A model generated the notes under the pieces. It searched no databases, had not been told where the DNA came from, and worked only from the letters and a program-made list of their open reading frames with translations. From Vicugna vicugna (lineage: Eukaryota), in contig MU058687.1 in the NCBI GenBank assembly GCA_013265495.1, positions 4,090,093 through 4,154,092 of the forward strand: 64,000 bases of DNA, in the 5' to 3' direction. Both the position numbers and the translations under genes were made by a program. Below are positions 60,331 through 64,000 of the stretch, in pieces. Position 1 is the stretch's first letter. The number at the start of each line of letters is the position of its first letter.

Positions 60331-62887
60331 AGCCAGCTCAGGTCAGTTGGAGAGTCTTGGGAGGAGTGAGGTAGCAGTTTAGGGGATATAGCTAAATCAC
60401 CTACACATACTGGTCCCACTCTGAACATGTGTGACTTATCCTCTCTGTGCCTCAGTTTCCATATTTATCACTGAGAATATCAACAGTGGCTGCTTAATTG
60501 GCTTTTTGGGAGCTTCTGTAGAGTCGAAGTATGTCGTACTCACGTAGATCATAAGCCAATGTGTCTCTTTCTAAATCTAGAATTCAGCAATTCAAGAATG
60601 AAAAAGTTGACTGGTGTGTTTATTCCCTTTTTGTCTTGTGCTGTAGAAATGACCTGGATATGATTTGTGTTTTAAGCATTTGATATAGGCTAAAACTTAA
60701 AAGTGGGAAGGAAGGTTGCACCAGAAGGGAACATACAAAAGCTTACTTTTCTCCATACTTCCAATAGGTTGTATTTGGAATCAAGGCATGACTAGTGTAA
60801 TCCCAGATTTTGAAGAATTATGTTAAAATGGTCTGTTACTGTGTTATCTCAACCAAGCTTTGCATATGTTTGGTGGAAAAATGAATTGTAGTTTCTCTTG
60901 TAAAAGTGGCCATACTTGAGATCAAGCTAAGATTCTTTCCTCACAGGTAGGAAAATCACATTTTTAATTTCTCTGTATCCTGATCTCTCATTAGGACTTC
61001 ACATCAGGGACACCCAGTACTGAGGATTATGTGTGTGTGAGTGCATAGAGTGCGCAAGGAGTTTCCCGCTAATTTCTGAAGTGCTTCTCTGTTTTATCAT
61101 GGGTTCTGCTCTTAATATGATTGGGGCTTATTAAAGGAAAGAAACAACAAACGTAACAGTCATGAGTAATAGAAGGCCCAAACTCAAACCTAGGCCTGGA
61201 TTAACCCAAAGAAAATCAGACCACATGTAAAGCATAGGAGAATTAATTACCTTGCCAGAGGGTCAGATACCAAATAGCACAACCAGCCCTACCTTCAGTT
61301 TTAGATGAGGAAACTGAGGCCTCCAGGTAGGAAAGAAGTTGCCCAAAGAATAGAATAGAATGTTCCTAGCTCCTTCTTTTGGTTCTCCTATAGTTGGATT
61401 TTTCAAAGAAAAATGCAGGAGCAGTACCTGTGCATATTTTAGGAAGATACGTGCTTATGTCCCCCTGGCCTACGCAGCAGTAGAAGCATGTATTATAACA
61501 AAGGTGTTTGGTTAGTCTCCAGTACTTTACCCCTGTTGGTAAATTTTATTTCGAATGGGGGCAGTTGATTCAGGGAAACGAAATATGAAGGGTAAAGACA
61601 TGTATACATTTCTCCTCTTTCTCTTGCATCACCCTTCCCACCCTACTCCATATGACACATAAACCCAGCCCAACAGGGGATTTTGGAGACTGGGATTTAG
61701 GGCTGGAAACCCTGGGTACACGGCTCGTAAAAGGCCCCCCCGTGTGGGCTGTTGGACAGCTGTCTCCCTGGCAAGGAGATGCAGTCTTTCTTGGAGAGCA
61801 TTTCATGCTGCTTAGCATGTTTAACCTTTACAGCAAGCCATTCTCATCAAAATGACAAACCCCAGCAGAGCCTTCTGAGAGGCCAGTAAATCAGAAACCT
61901 TATGAAATCTCTGGGATTAGCACACTCCCCCTCTTTGTTCCTCCAGGGGAAGAAAGCCCTGTGCCTTTCAGATTTCAATCTTCTCTGCAAGCCCCTTGTC
62001 TGGGGCTTCCTGCTGTGGCCCACTGGTATTTGAATATTGTTTTCACACTGTCTCCCAGGGCCACATACTGACACCAGCTAAGGCTAGCACGTCCTTTATC
62101 TCCATCAGTGACGTTGTGAAAGAGAGAGAACTGCTCTGATGTTTGCTTAGTTGAATCCTCCCTACCCCCAGTGTCTTCCTTTCTGGGGTCTGAAGATAGT
62201 GGTTCACTCTTTATGTCACTGCACATGGTGGCAGACTGGTGCTGACAGGGACCACACCTCCAGCTGGCTATTTCTGCTCCCCTTACCCCATTTTTCAGGC
62301 CGTAATGAAACTTCTTTCACAAGCAACCCAGCTTCTCCAGCTACTGTGAGATGGAACCTCCTGTAGAAATCCACAAAGTCAAGTCTATGTTGAGAGCAGA
62401 AGTGGAAAAAGAGAAGATTGAGTAAAAATTGTTAGCTGTACAGGTGATAAAAAAAAAAAAACCTATGGGATAAGGGAGTGACTTTTTTTTTAATCAGAAT
62501 TTACAGATTCATACTTACTTAGAAAAGATCGGAGGCTTTTGAGTCTAACCCAGTATCTCAGGCATAAATACCCTTGACAGAACTCTCAAATGCCATGTGG
62601 ACTCTATGGGAACGTTTTCTGTTTCCCATATGCTGTACTGAATGCTTTGCAGCAAATAGTTTATTGAATCATTGCAATAACTGTATGAGGTGCTGTTTCA
62701 TTCTCAGTTTTCATCTGTGGACTTGGAATCACGGATAGGTTAAATAACTTGTCTTAGGTCACCCAGTTCCTCTGGGCCTTCCACTCCAGCCTGCACACCT
62801 GTGCTTGGCATATTCTGCCGCTCCCAGGGAACAAGGGAGTGCACCTCTTCAAGAAGCAGCCATTTCACTTGTGGGTAGCACTAAATA

Positions 62888-63335
62888 TAGTCGTACCTCA
62901 GAGATACTGCAGGTTTGGTTCCAGACCATCTCAATAAAGTGAATATTGAAATAAAGCGAATATTGCAATAAAGTGAGTCCCATGAACTTTTTGGTTTCCC
63001 AGTGCATATAAAAGCTATAGTATTTATAGTATATTGTAGTCTATTAAGTGTGCAGCAGCATTATATCTAAAAAATATTTATACCTTAATTTAAAAATACT
63101 TTATTGCTAAAAAATGCTGACAATCACCTGAGCCTTCAGTGAGTTGTAGTCTTTTTGCTGGTGGAAGGTTTGAAATATTGCAAGAATTGCTAAAATGTGA
63201 CAGACACGAAGTGAACAAATGCCATTGAAAAAATGGTGCCAATAGACTTGCTTGACAGATGGTGGCCACAAACCTTCAATTTGTAAAACGTGCAATATCT
63301 GTACAGCACAATGAAGTACATTGAAATAAAATAAT
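62888..63335 (-). mobile_element. Tigger1 internal-deletion derivative (Tigger1a_Art-like)
   Basis: Both Tigger1 terminal regions (tacctcagagatactgcaggtttggttccagacca... and ...acaaaccttcaatttgtaaaa) are fused at ctttttgctggtggaagg|tttgaaatattg. The left end is preceded by TA. Confidence 0.85.
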
Positions 63336-64000
63336 GGGGGGCTTTTATCTAAAAGTTTCCCTTTTTATCATAAACTGAAGTCTGTATTCTTCTAGTATCT
63401 TTTTTGATCATGATTCTGGTTTTGGGAACTAAACAGGATTTATTCACTGCATTAATATTTTCTTGGTACTTTGCCATAGACACCTGGGATCTGCGGAACT
63501 GATTAAACTTAAACCCTCTTCTGCAATAGACCTTTAGTTGGTTAAAGAGGACTGTCATTTTCCCACTGAAATGTTGTCAGTCATTCTCAGGATAAACATC
63601 ACATTTCTTCACCTTGTCCTTATCTGTCATGGTTTTCAGTTCCTTCATAATCCGATTGTCATTGAAGGGAATGGAGGAAGGTGAGGAGGGTCCGTGCCTT
63701 CACTGAATGCAAGGAAGGCTTCAGTACCAGGGAACTGTGTGGGCTATGCCCCTTCAAGCAGCAGGCATGTGTTACTAATGCAATAACCCATATGATTATT
63801 GGACATTGTAGCATCATTTGGACTCTGGGTTTGTGTGACCAGTGGGATTCACTGGTATATTTCTAAGGGTGAATGCTAGTTTCATATTCTTAAGAAAGAT
63901 ACCTTAGGCCCACAATAGGGAGCATCACATTTACTGCCTAGTCTTGTTTCTCAAAATAGTCCTAGGCTGAGTGTGGTTAAGTCACATATTTCAAAAGCAA

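Noticed and set aside
1..64000. CRISPR array or prokaryotic defence system; remaining 60-155 aa ORFs as genes
   Set aside because: There is no regularly spaced repeat-spacer structure and the sequence is mammalian intron. The other ORFs look like chance frames or repeat-derived sequence.

Overview
Mammalian genomic DNA, mostly intronic and repeat-rich. It is probably from a camelid, judging by two tRNA-derived SINEs resembling the camelid Vic-1 family and a Tigger1 deletion product of the artiodactyl type. The window lies inside the neurexin-3 alpha gene (NRXN3, + strand). Two coding exons are visible: 47104-47542 (end of LNS2 and first part of LNS3) and 51453-51836 (rest of LNS3 plus the second EGF-like repeat). 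They have canonical AG/GT boundaries and join in frame. The rest is intron filled with L1, L2, MIR, MLT1, hAT and Tigger relics. The most notable items are: (1) a sense-oriented, internally deleted class III (HERV-S-like) provirus at 33965-36294 with a tRNA-Arg primer site, whose 5' LTR, unlike its 3' LTR, keeps CpGs, CRE-like and TATA motifs and is followed by a splice donor; (2) a possible ORF1-only (HAL1-like) chimeric retroelement at 522-2956; (3) an RE1/NRSE-like site at 41062-41082; (4) a perfect 15-bp inverted repeat upstream of the second exon. There is no prokaryotic-type system or CRISPR array. Repeat family names come from recalled consensus sequences, not a database search, and repeat boundaries are approximate.
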